From the NCBI GenBank assembly GCA_000165425.1, contig CT868664.1:248001-312000 (forward strand): a stretch of 64,000 nt of DNA. The letters run 5' to 3'. Position 1 is the stretch's first letter. Every line of letters begins with the position of its first letter. Source of the stretch: Paramecium tetraurelia (taxonomy: Eukaryota). The position numbers were made by a program, and so were the translations under genes. The notes under the pieces are model-generated. The model ran no database searches and was not told the origin of the DNA. It saw only the letters and a list, made by a program, of their open reading frames with translations. Below are positions 26,760 to 44,429 of the stretch, in pieces.

Positions 26760-28622
26760 TCACTTACTCTCTTTGTTTTCGGCTTGAGGAATTATATGAA
26801 AAATCTCAAGTTCTTAAATTGATAGAATTTTATTAACTTATTCAGGATTAACAAACTAAGACAACTAAGATAAAGCTTTAACTAGTTTTTCATTTTAACT
26901 CTCAGCAAAGGAACTTTTACTTTAAAATTTTGAACCTAGGCGAATGCTCTTTTTTGAACTTATTTGAGGCTTATTATCCGATAACATTATGGCTCTGTAG
27001 GTTAGAAAACTTTCAAAATTTGAATCATCACATATTAAAGCATAAGGTTCGCCCAATTATTAATACTAATTTTTATAATCTAATTCTATAAATTCCTAGA
27101 GTGATGAGGACGGAGTCTCATCTTACGATCTAATTTCTGATAATACATCTTCCGCCTCTTCTTCTTCAGAATCTAAATCGTAGTCTATGAAGGAATACTT
27201 GCAAAATGGATTCCTTGGATTAATTGGTTTTAGTTCAAGTAGCTTCCCATTATAGAACCGATTAGAATCACACAACTCAAAATGCACTTTTCGTTTAGAT
27301 TATTTATGGAGTTTTTTCTTGCTTGTTTAGTTTTTTTGGTCACAAAAAGTTGTTTGTATTTATTATTGGATATAACTAAACATTTCTGAATCAAAATATT
27401 CTTTCTCGTAGAATATTTTTTCGAAATTATTTTATTGTAATAGATCCCATTTTTATAAAGAAGTGTCTTAATTAACTCTTTTTGAGGATTTCTTACATTT
27501 CACAACGAAAGATTTGGAGTGACTACTGGTTGGTTGTGGGATACTCTGTTCTAAATTTTCAGGAATAATTTCCTTGAATATTGACACTTTTTCTTATGAA
27601 GGTTGTTCCTCCTTAATCATAGTTAGTTAATTCTTGGATTATTATTCAACAACAGTAGTATTTGGGACAGAAGTATTTTTAAGAATACTTTAGATATTTA
27701 CGACTTGATCATTCTTCTTTTGCATTTCAGAATTTGTCAATTGATTATGGAACTTGACTGATTTCACACTCGACTTTGCAGATGATTCAGATAATTGTTC
27801 ACATCTATTTAATTGAACATTAGTTTCTGATTCTTCACATTTTATTTCCTCAGTAAAGGGAAATTCTGAACTCTTTTTTAAATCCAAATATGAAATAAAG
27901 GCCTCTTCTATAGTGTCAATATCTTATGATTCCAAAGAATCAATAATCCATTTAATAGATCTTAAAACATCAAAGATTAGAATTCTAAGTTTTCTAACTT
28001 TTTGGAATGTCTCAATATTTGCATGATCCTTTAAATCCTCAATATTTTTCATTTCGTAATAGCCTCTTATGTCAGTAGAAATGAACTTGAGGTTCTCACT
28101 ATTATTGAATACTTTCTACGAATCTAAGAGATTTAAGAATTTTTAATAATCAAATTCCTATCCAAAAGTGACTTCATCCAAATTAATCCCTGGAATTTTT
28201 TTCAATTGGACTGGTTCTACAGACTCCTTGATCAATCCCAGCATCTCTTCTAATTCAAATCTCTAATAGTTCTAGAGCCTTTCGTTCAAGAAGTATTTGC
28301 AGGAATGAGCTAACTTGCATCGATGGTAAGAAATTGGTTAACCCTCCAATTTCATAGAAATCAGCCTCTACAGATACTAAACATTAAATTAACTCCTTTC
28401 TATTCTATTAATCAGTTGTTCATTGGGCTAGACTTCCAACATAGGTAAACCCATTTTTGTTAACTATTTAAAAATATTTTTATAAAAAGGCAATCTTGCT
28501 TGTAGAGCTTCTAAAATTTCTTAGTCATTGTTGTCTAAATCGTCTTTTTAGTAAAGTTTTGAGTTCTTTGAATTTTTCTAAGCCAACGAAGACCTTTTTT
28601 TTGTATGCTTTTTTTGGGACAT
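26760..28622 (-). CDS. Hypothetical protein with CAF-1 p150 (CHAF1A/Cac1)-like motif
   Basis: MSQKKHTKKRSS...; near 27150-27300 KVHFELCDSNRFYNGKLLELKPINPRNPFCKYSFIDYDLDSEEEEAED. Confidence 0.55.
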
Positions 28623-29049
28623 TTTATAATATTTGTTATATAAAATAAAGTTAAACTTCAAAAGGTTTTATCAGAATCTATCCAATTTCAACATTGATGT
28701 AATAAATAATTCTTGAATTTTTGTAATAGAAAAATATCGTTAGTAATTTTAAGTCTTTTTGTTATTGAGTTGACCACAACCTTGAAAGCTTTTCTCAAAT
28801 CGAATGAGTCTTCATATGAATACCTTAATAATATAAATAGTCCTTTTAAAGATTAAGCTATATTTTGAATGTTATAAAATTAATATTCCAAGCATAAGTT
28901 TTATTGAAAAAACTATACTTGTAAGTATTTATTGAGAATCTAATAAATTTTAAATGATTTAATTCTTAATTAGAATTGCTTTATAATTTTAGATATTTTT
29001 TAATTTAAATGATTTTTATATCTTTAATCTGAAACTAGCTAATAATTTT

Positions 29050-29590
29050 ATGAATTAAAATTTAAATTGTGCGAAATGTCGAAGATTAATAGAAGAACGA
29101 TAACTTTGGAAATATTTATTGATGTGAATTACCCATGTTATGATTATAAAATATCAAAATTCTGACGATAATAGAATAATATTCTAATCCTTAGTATCGA
29201 GTTGATGGTTAACTCCTTTTGTTTGAGTTATTGAAACATAAAAATGATTTTGAGTAAGTTTGGTTGTTTGAGAAAGTTTTTTTGAAATGTTTTTACAATC
29301 TATTGATTTTTATGAGTCATAAGTTATTTACTAGAGAATTGGCTAGACTTAGCAATTATTAAACTGAAGGTTGATTCAATTCAATATGAGATCTGAGAAG
29401 AGAGTTTAATTAATAATTTGGATTTAAAGAGGATAAGTTTATGAGTTAAGAAAGTCTAAAGAAGAGCAATTTAAGTGTTAATTGGAATGGGGAAGCAAGA
29501 GATCTAAATTATATTGACATAATCAAACAGAAGAATTTATAATATTTACTTAAATTGTAATTCGTGAGTATATATGTGAGTGAATACCTA
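29050..29590 (+). pseudogene. Possible decayed gene remnant
   Basis: Coding-like frame YRVDGQLLLFELLKHKNDFEQVWLFEKVFLKCFYNLLIF... interrupted by in-frame TGA at ~29372 and ~29387; no clean start. Confidence 0.3.
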
Positions 29591-29615
29591 ATTAATTTAT
29601 TTATTTATAATAAGA

Positions 29616-32892
<3,277 letters not shown>

Positions 32893-32916
32893 AAAATAAT
32901 ATATATATATAAATTA

Positions 32917-34194
<1,278 letters not shown>

Positions 34195-34500
34195 ATTGCC
34201 AATTAATATTTAATACTTTTTCCTGTTAAAATTTGTATATTGTATAAATGTATTATAAATTAAAAATACCAAGCAGGAGAATAGCAGCAATGTAGAGCAT
34301 AAGAATAAACAATCCTACTGATTATTATTGTAATTCAAAAATAAAAGTCGACCAGAGTCTAAAGCTAAATGCAATCCGAAATTGAATAATAGCTGAAACC
34401 CATAACTAGAGTCTAGTGTGGAATCTAATGGCATAAGGATCAAAAAAGTGAATAAGAATCTATCAAATAAGATGATATTCTAATTGATTGATACACTACT

Positions 34501-36210
34501 ATGATTGAGATCCGGCTTTATTTTTCTCAGCTCCTATTTGTTAATATGGTAGATTAACGCATTTTATTCTGTGAAGAATGTTCCAATAATGTTTTTGGAA
34601 TTCTCTATTATTTACTCTATAAAAATGTGAAGTCCCCAAATAATAATTCCAGATAATTAAGTAAACCCAAGATTATGAGTATTCAGGCTACTAAATTCAG
34701 CATCCCTTCGCATTCCAAAGAAATTGATATGGATATCGAACAAGAAGAATTCATTAATGAGCCTTTGCTACAAACTAAATGTAACTAATTGGGAATGCTT
34801 AATCAGAGAGAGCATTCTCGAACAACAGAAAATAATTTCACATTTGAGCCATTTGATCAACCCTCACTTACGCAAGTACCTCCTGACCATATGCAATCCC
34901 ATTTGTCATTGATGGAGGAATGTTTTACATCGTTACTTGAAAGTACTATTCCCGATGAAATTCTTTGTAGGGATCAAGAAAAGGTTCTCATCACAAGATT
35001 TATCGAGGATGGAATCAAAAATAATGGATAAAAATAGGCATTATGTATATTTAAACCATTAATAAATTAGATATATCAGGAGTCCCTGGAATCGGTAAAA
35101 CTGCCACAGTCTTAGAAGTCAAAAATAAATTGCACTTCAAAAAATTAGATTTCGATTTCATTTATTTCAATGCCATGAATATCAGAGCTCCCGAAGACAT
35201 ATATCCATTCCTCTATGAAAAGATCACCAATAAGAAGGAAACTTCCAGGATCAAGTCCTGCATACTTTTAAGTTTTTGATTCTCATGATATTTTAGCTGA
35301 ACTCTTCAATAGCGAATAAGATTGCATCCAAAAGAACAAGGTTATTTTATTGGATGAATGCGACAACCTCTATACTTCAGATCAATAAGTTCTATACAAC
35401 TTGGTAGATTGGCCTCAACAACGTTATGCTCACTTAATCGTCATTATGATAGCAAATACAATGGATTTCCCTGAGAGACTTAAGCCTAAATTACAGTCCA
35501 GATTAGGAAATCATCGTATAGTGTTCAGACCTTACAATAGTACCTAGATAGAAAGCATTTTATAGTAGAGGATGAAAACGAGCAAACTCAAATAATTGTT
35601 TGCTTCTAACACCTTGAACTATTTGGGCAAAAAGATAGCCACAATTTCCACTGATATTCGCAAAACTCTAAGTGTATGCAGAACAGCTATAGTTTTGGCC
35701 AGGGAACAGCTGTTAAGGAGAAATACATTCTCTCAAATAGAAGTAGATCACATTAAATTAGCCTATAATATCATATACAATAAGCCTTAACACAATGCTT
35801 TGCAATATTTTAATGCTGAGTTGAAATTGCTACTAATTATGATAGCCATTGACATTCACGTAAAAGGGTAAAATTATGCTTGTTTTCATCAAGTTGTTCA
35901 GAGGATGAACTAATAGCAATCATTACATAACAAGAAACCTTTGAGTTATTATTAAATCAAATAAGCTTTAATAAAATTATCTCAAATGAACTTAATTGAA
36001 ATAAAGGAGGAGTAGATTTTATTAACAAAGAGCACTTGGCAACAAAAAATACAAGTAAATATTCCATCATTTATTATTTAGAACAGTTTGGACTAGGATA
36101 GATTATTTAATTTGGAAGACATTCTTATACAACTTAAAATAAATATTGATGACATAAAAAATGGACTGTCTAAAGATGATCTTTTCAATGAATTTTCAAA
36201 TTTATTTTGA
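34501..36210 (+). CDS. ORC1: Origin recognition complex subunit 1 / CDC6 family AAA+ ATPase
   Basis: IPDEILCRDQE, Walker A YISGVPGIGKT (after intron ~35045-35070), Walker B ILLDECD, LYNLVDWP, IANTMDFPE, SRLG; start uncertain (34501, 34546 or 34675 in frame). Confidence 0.85.
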
Positions 36211-36239
36211 TAATAACTTAAAAACTATAATATATATAA

Positions 36240-39200
36240 TCATTATAAGAGATTGTCATATATCTTTTGAACATACACCAAGGTTTTGAGAAAACTATCT
36301 TCTCCATAGACTGACTAAGGTGGTAAAACATATGGTAATTATCTGATTTTATAGAAACGATTTCTGAAAAATCGATATAATAAAAATGAAGTTAAAATCT
36401 ATTAAACAACAAATATTGAAATAAAAACAGAAAACAGGACTGTTCTTAAATCGATCTCTGTTTCAAGTGTATTAATTAAATTTATCTATCCCTAATCCAT
36501 TATATTATCAAAGGCTTCACTTACAAAATTCAATCCAATCAAATCTAATTCACTTAATTCTATTAGCTTTCCTTACTCATAGTTATTTTGGATATTTTCA
36601 CTGACTTTGTCCGCGAAATAATTTGTTGAATAAATCAACCCTTCTGTTAACTTTCCATCAATCACAGTGGTACAAAGGGGATCATCGATTAAGACGCAGG
36701 AGTCATTAGTCAAGTATTGCAGTAAATCAAAATATTTTGCATTTGCTTCTGATGTTATCATTGAACTAATATATACAACTTGAGTGTAGGACTCTTTAAT
36801 CAAAGTCTGATATTATGATATAATCATGTTTCCAATTGCAAGGTTCGAATGAGACTTAGCATATTTTTATAGAATTTGATCTGTCATCATCATCTGGTAG
36901 AATTATTCTGTGTACAGAATATTTTCATTAAATATATCCAGATTATTTTTGAGATCAGTGATATTTGAAGAGTTGAACACCTTTACAATCAAAAAGTATG
37001 CCAATCCAATCAGCAAAGTTGTTGTTTCAATTAAAAAGAACAATCTCTAAAGGTATGGTTTTTCATCTGATATTATGAATTATTTCTTTTGCTCCTATTA
37101 CTATACAATCTATTGGAATCTCATTGATATTCGTTTGTTTGTAAACATATCATTAAAATTAGTGTTTATATTGCATTTATCCTTGAATTAGAATTGATAC
37201 TTGTACAAATTAAGATCAGAAGGTTATTGATACCGATGTTGTAGAGATAATAATCTAATTGATTCCGTCTCTAAGGCTTTGAACGAAATTTGCTCACAAC
37301 TCCGAAGAATTCGATTGAGTAGTCTAAACAATTGGTGAAATACAAAAGAATATCCAATTATAAGAATTACTTCATTTACTAAAAAGATGATTAAACAAAT
37401 ATCTTGCTAGGTTTCAAGGTCTGAAACATTGCTGTCTAACTATTATTAGAATTTAAGTGTTAATTCTTCATATGCTTCTTTGTGAACAGAATATTAACTG
37501 ATCAAAGAGCCGAGTGAATTGTTATACTATTCTACAGTTGTTGCATTTGTTAGATCGATTCCATAAAGTCCTTATTACATGTAGATAACATAAAATTATT
37601 CAGTCCAAGCACTTACTTGTTATTCTTTTCCACTATAATAGTCAAATTGATTTATATAAATTTCTGAGAGTGTTGTTTTGACTAGACTATCATCCAAATA
37701 TTGTTGATAATGAGTTAAGTAATTTCTACAATTCTCTTAAAGTTGTTCAAGCAGTTTACTTTGATATTAGGATTTGACTTAAAAATCATAATCATTTTTG
37801 TCTATATCAATCCCCAAAGCCATTAAAGTATTTTTAGTGTAATCTGTAGTTACGAATGCTCTTAATATGTCTACAATTTTCATATTGTCTTCTAATTTAA
37901 ATTTGAAATTAAAATAAAAGATGAATGCCAAACTTAATAGTAATGATAGATTTAGAATATCTAACAAAAATATCAAATTAATTAATCTAGGATTATTATC
38001 AGATGATGAAAACTTACTGTATAGATGTGTTTTTTATAACATAGAAGGTATAGTATTGTTTTGAGTCGTAGGTGTTTAAGTGAGTTTGATTTCTTATTCT
38101 TATTATTTTTCAATTTGATTATTCTCTGATTGATTATCTATTTCAAAAGATTTCCTTGATATTTTCTTATGATAATAGGATTATTGATATTTGACCCTAA
38201 GCTTTGATTTTTCCTCAATTTTATTTTCCAATCTAAACTATTACAAGCTCTACCCATCTATTTAAACACTTATGATTTGTTAATCGAATGGTTAAATATT
38301 GTTGGGATTGCTCATTAAAGACAATAGATCCCTTTAAGAATCAAAAGGACTTTAAATTTGATGTCCAATCTGAAATTGATACCCCTCGAAATGAATTGAT
38401 TAATTTTCTTGTTTTTCTGAAATATTTGAAAACTCACATCTTTGTTCACTATCTGAGAATTAGGATTATGATTTTAATTTTTCAGACTCTAAGGGTTCAT
38501 GATTTTGTGAAATTTCTAAATTAGTATCTGTTCTGGATCTTGATTATAGATTTCTAGAAGAATCTATCCAAATTTAACTCATATTGTCAGCAAAAGTGAT
38601 TTTCTAAAATTCTACTGTAAACGATTTGTGTTCTTTTCCATTTATATTCGTTAATGTCATGATAAATCTACAAGTGACACAGAAAATATCTGGAACTCCA
38701 TTTTCCTTAGGAATTCTGAATAAAATATCTTCAGCTGTAATTGAAAAATGGTTTAACAATTATTCGGTTTCAGAACAATTTAATAATTAAGAACAACTAT
38801 TCTATTCTAATTTGTATTATTCCAAATCAAAAAACTTCTATTCCTTTTCCTTTAAGAGTTCTTAGTATTTCTTAGGGTTCTAGATAAGGTGACTCAATTT
38901 CATCTTGTTTAAGTATTTGCCCTCTTTCAATTTAAATTGTTCCAATGCCATCGTTGTGATTCCTTCTATTCTTAATTCATGATTCAAATATATGTGACCC
39001 TTGATATTTTCATAGGCACCATCAGATTGTATTTGCTTGATGAAACTATAAATTGGAAATAAATCTCCAGTAATATTAAAACAAACATCAATGAACATCT
39101 CAACAAATAATAGATCCTTATTTTTCTTTTAAGCCAAAAGTCCTCTCTTCTTCCTCAAAATCAATGGCCTATTAGTCAAGAGGAAGATTTCCATTAATTA

Positions 39201-41592
39201 ATCATGGATATCTGATAAATGAGGTGCTACCAATTGGTGAACAGTAAGGATTTCTTCCTAAAACTCCCTCTGTCCGTAACCAAACATATGAGGAGCATTA
39301 TTCGAGTATTGAATGATCTCTCCTCTTGAGATTTTCCCTTTTTTTGCATGTCTGGCCAAATTAATTTTTAGATAACAGACTTTTTGACTGTGAGAACCAC
39401 TGAATTCAAAAAACTTAAAATTTTTGGTTTTCAACTGATTCCTTAAACGTATAAACTTATCAAAATCATTAACAATCTCTAAGCAATAGAACATGTATAT
39501 CAACAATGAAGATCTTGATTAGGAGAACTCATTGAATTATTCAATCTTACTTATCACTTCTAAATTGTAATTCACCATGTCATTTACTTACTGATACAAG
39601 GTTTCATAATTAAATTTGTTATCCACCAATTATCGAATGAACTCGTACTTTTTTTGGACATTTTGAAACATATTCGAGATCAACTTATCTCTTCTCACTT
39701 CAGTAACTCTGTAATCCTTGTATTACAAAGCAGCCTCAACCTCTTCAATCTTAACCTAAGGGTTCATTTTGAGAAGAATCTGATGTTTCGCATAACTCAG
39801 AAGCACAGCTATCGCAACAGAAGAGGTGATACGATTCTTGTTTTTAATCTTCTCCTTCACTTCCATAATCAATAGTAATGCCTAATAGCATTCTTCAGAA
39901 CTGCTCAAGTATGTAAGTAATTGAGTGATTCTTATTATATCGTAGTCTTCTTTCTCTTTTTCTAGTTCAAAAATCAACTTCGCATAATGTCTAATGTACC
40001 TTTTAATTAATTCAACCTGAATCGAGAGGTTCTATATTTTGATGTGATAATAGATCCTCATTTCTACACTTTGATAATTATTTTCAATTATTTTTCGTTT
40101 TTCCCCTCTAAACCCTTTGCAATAACAGTAGACATTCTCACATTGATTGATGTGCTACTTCAACAGGACAATTATGTTCAGAATAAACTTCGATCTATTA
40201 ATATTGATGACTGAAGCATCCTTCTCAATGGACTACTGATCCTCAAGTTTCATCAAATCCACAAGTCTCAAATAATGGATAAAGTATTTCGTATTCATGC
40301 TCTGCAAGTATTCAATCTAGGTTTGCTTTTATTTATTAATTTCCTTTTCAATCACAAATTGCTCTTCTTCTTCCATCAGTAGACCAGTTCTTGATTAAAT
40401 CCGAGTGGTTGATTTAGATTTTTCTTTGTATTGCGAATTATAGAGTATCTCTTCATTCAGATAGTCTTTGATTTCATTCAGCAATCTCGATGATAGGGGC
40501 ACTGTGATCAAGGCAATTGAAATTACCTGAATTTGAGTATGCTGAAAAAACAAAGAGATTATGACCGAAATAGTAAATGGTAATACTATTAGGATTGTTT
40601 AAGTTTTGTAATCTTGCATATAAGGATGACAAATGAAGAATTCAATCAATTACCCAACTTGTAAGATAAGTACTACGCTATTGTTTAAATAGTAGTGAGT
40701 TGAAGTTCGATCAAAATTGACATCAAAATAGATCAACACATAAAACCATTAGATAAGTATTGGTATAACTACTATGAATTATTGAAGAATAAACCAGAAG
40801 GACTGAACTAATCGCAAATGATTGTGATCTCGTATGGTGTAAGTCTTTTATACACGCATTGAGACATTCCAAGCTAATAGGCATCCTATGTTAGTGAGTA
40901 CATTGAAAAATGTCATCAATCCTTATATAGTGTAACTTAAGCTATCATCTCCAAAAATAATCACCCAAATCATAAAGTTCCAAAGCATCAGAGGAATAAT
41001 AAAAATATGTGGAAACACATTCAACATGGTAGCTGTTGCAAATTTCTCTAGTTGCTGGAATGAGGTTTACTCATTGCCCATCAATTGCTTTTACATAAAA
41101 TACTCAATGTAATTGTGCATGTTATAGGATCTATTCAACAAGGTTAGATTGTCTAATCAAAAGAAAACTCATACAATTCAAATTATTCTGCTCATCAATT
41201 GATGAACGATGCTTTATTGTACTATACTCGTAGTATTACTTATGCATGGCAATCACATTCGCACAGACAGGTGTAAATAGGATTAGGATTGCCACCAATT
41301 AAAACCCAATTATTCCTGAATTAGGCACACTCTCAAGAATTAAAATTGAGGGAACGCACAATTTAGAAATCAATTCAAATAATGAATAATACTCCGTTGT
41401 TTCAATTTTCTTATTCTAAAGTCTTACTTGAAGGATTTCAATTATAACTTTGAACATAAACAATAATGCCAATCTTTGAAAATGACCTACTACTTCAACG
41501 AAAATCCATAAATACTTGTAGTCTCGAGAAAGTATGATCTAAGAAAACCCTATTGTAAATTGCTAATATTCCAACCAATATTGTTTAATCAT
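36240..41592 (-). CDS. Large multi-transmembrane PAS-domain protein (TmcB-like ciliate family)
   Basis: N-terminal TM cluster, helical region, PAS-like GEIIQYSNNAPHMFGYGQ...VHQLVAPHLSDIHDQLMEIFL, further TM pairs, C-terminal LPYVLPP; ~1780 codons. Confidence 0.8.
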
Positions 41593-42414
41593 TTAATTTT
41601 TTATAATCAATAACACTAATAACACTTATTATTTAACTTAATCAATTAAATGTTCACAAGCAAATATTAAATCCCTTAAATGTTGTTATCACTTTATTTA
41701 CTCAAGAAACAATTTTCATAATCAAGTAGACTAAATTTGTAACAATTTCATAATATTTCAATCCAAAACTCTTATGTACTCGAAAAAATGCTCAACTCAA
41801 TTAAATTTAAACATTTATAATCCACTTTTATTGAGTTCCTTTACTAAATTGTTCTCACTATTCAAAAGCGTTAATTGCTAAATTAACTTAAAATTAGATT
41901 AAAATTTTCTTACCATTAAAGGATTTTATTTACATAATCCTTTTAATAATTAATTCAGAAAGTATAGAAGTGATTAACTAGTTCAACTTACTGATATTCA
42001 ATATCAACAACAATTTATCAAATAATTTTTATCTTATTATGAGCCATTTATCTCATTTAATATAATATTTTTTTGATTTATAATTAATAATATTAATCAA
42101 TTCTCAAGAAACTGAATTTAATTCAATAATGGTGTTCTTTTTGAAATAAAAGATTTCATGTAAAAAATAGATAGTCTTACATATATCTAAGGTTATGGGA
42201 TTGTTATAGATATATATTACAATAAGGAATATTTATACAAAGACATTGCAGATTATTATATAAATATTAATGCTTTCAATTTGGTGCAACCAGATGAAAA
42301 AAAGGTAAGAGAGGAGGTCAATCGATCTGAAAGTGAGTTATGAGAGTTTAACGATTTTAGTTCTAGAAAATTAATCTTATTCAATGATATCAACTTCAAG
42401 ACAATGAATAAGAT

Positions 42415-43105
42415 TCACATTAAAATAAATAAACTTATAAGATATGATAAGCAACTACTTTTAAATATGGATTTAGTTGAATGTAGCCAAATCATCTTTT
42501 TATAAATTTTAATTGCTTTTTATTAATGATTTGATATTTGGAAAAGAACATTGAGCCATTTGTATAACTGTAGGGGAATTTGTGGAAATTTAATTTTTAT
42601 AAATTCAAACATGTTCTTCATCTATCCTTTGACTCTATTCTGGGATTAGAGATTCATTTCTGTTTTACTATTAGTTTCCTTATGGTTCTTGTTGTGATTA
42701 TTCTCCTCTAAACTTGTCTCTAATCTTAGAGATTGCTTTGCCAAAAAACTTAAACCCTTTAGCTGTCATAGATTAATCCTAATTTAATGCTTCATTGCTA
42801 TAAGAAACCCCATCGAATTCTTCTAAAGATGTAGAGACATTCTTCAAAAATTGGATGCTCTCATTGTTTCTATATTATTCAATTGATCTAAACAGTTTGT
42901 AAATCAATCAATACTTTTTTAGAGTTCTTGTAAAAATGTAAAGTTATTTGCTAATCATTGTGCCAGGACTAAAAGCTTAAGCAGTATTTTAGAGGAATAA
43001 CTTATTGATTGAAACTATTTTTGGTTGATCTTGCACAGCTATCTCGGATTATTGAACAGCATATTCCTCCTAAATTAATGGAGCACTTTCAGCCTCGTGA
43101 TTCAT
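42415..43105 (-). CDS. Hypothetical protein
   Basis: ATG 43105 MNHEAESAPLIQEEYAVQQSEIAVQDQPK...; coding-like composition, 3' end uncertain. Confidence 0.4.
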
Positions 43106-43412
43106 TTGGATTTATTTAATTAATATTGTATATTATTTAATATATATTTAATTCAAATTACTTATTCATAAATAATTATAAGAACTCCTAATTTTTTACT
43201 GCTACAATCATCAACTCTAATAAAAGTGTATTCGATTATCAAAATATCTATTATCTTATGTGTATTAATCATTAAATTTATTTTTAATGCTCAATAATAA
43301 TTTGATCTTTATAATTATTAGATTGAGATTTATAAATTAACATAAATAAATTCTCTTTAAAATCAGATATTAAACTTATAGCAATGAATCTTGATAATAT
43401 ATATATTTTTGA

Positions 43413-44346
43413 TCATTTGCATAACAATCTTAACTCTTAAGCCCTCTATTTTTCCAAATCATGTCTTCCACAATAAAGACAAAATATGAAAGAAAAAGAT
43501 AACATGAATAGAATGCCCAAACACAAAGAGATATAACCCATGATTGTTACGTAATCCTCATAATACGATTAAAACTTTAAGAAACAACTTTAACCTGATG
43601 TATTGCCTCTATTTATATCCGAAAAAACAAATATGGAAGTACTGGTACACCATCCAGAACATGAAAAGTTCATTTCCAAAATCTAAGCACATAGAAATTG
43701 TACTTACATTCATCAATTGAACTGGGTATTTGTATTCTTCAGTATCAAATCCTACGCAACTTTGTACATTGGATGGCAAAACAGATGAAGAGAATCCAAC
43801 CTTCCCTCTTAGAACTGATTTATCATTAAATTTAGTAGCGTCCAAATTACATGGGCATTTTATAGAACAAAAAGATTCATTTGCACTTTTAACACCATCA
43901 CTTAATGCTTTGAAATTCTGAGTAGACTCACATGCTAAATTCTATATTAATTCTACATCTCCCAAAATATTCTTTCGCCTTGAAATTCAACAAATAAAAC
44001 AATACAACAAAAAGGATTCCAAATAGTAATACACTTAGGTGATGAAGGATCAAGAAACCTCTTCGGAAACACACTTTTTTAGCTGTTGATCCTAAAATTC
44101 CAAAAATTCCAAATATGATAAGGGACAACCCAATTACAAGGGCGCCGTATTTTTAACCAAACATTCCAAAATCTGAATCAAATTTAAAATACCCTAATAT
44201 TGATTTTTCATGTTACCATCATAATTTTTGAATAATATCAGTGAAACTATGTAAATTCCATAGCCAGTTAAGGTTAAACCTATTGAAATAAGAGTAATTG
44301 CACTCAATTACACTATTTTTTAAGAGAGCCATGAGAATAATTGCAT
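43413..44346 (-). CDS. Tetraspanin-family membrane protein
   Basis: Three N-terminal TMs (ISIGLTLTGYGIY; LSLIIFGIFGILGS; LSVLLFGILFVVLF), Cys-rich loop FCSIKCPC...VQSC, final TM; short introns. Confidence 0.75.
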
Positions 44347-44429
44347 TAAATATTTATAATTAATATTGATAAGAACAATTAAAGCTATGCAAATCTTAGA
44401 GATATATTAAATAAACAAAAAGCTATTCT

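Noticed and set aside
41600..42410. Long AT-rich spacer as a retained IES or transposon
   Set aside because: No convincing TA-bounded inverted termini or transposase fragment seen, only short coding-like pieces; germline/somatic comparison would be needed.
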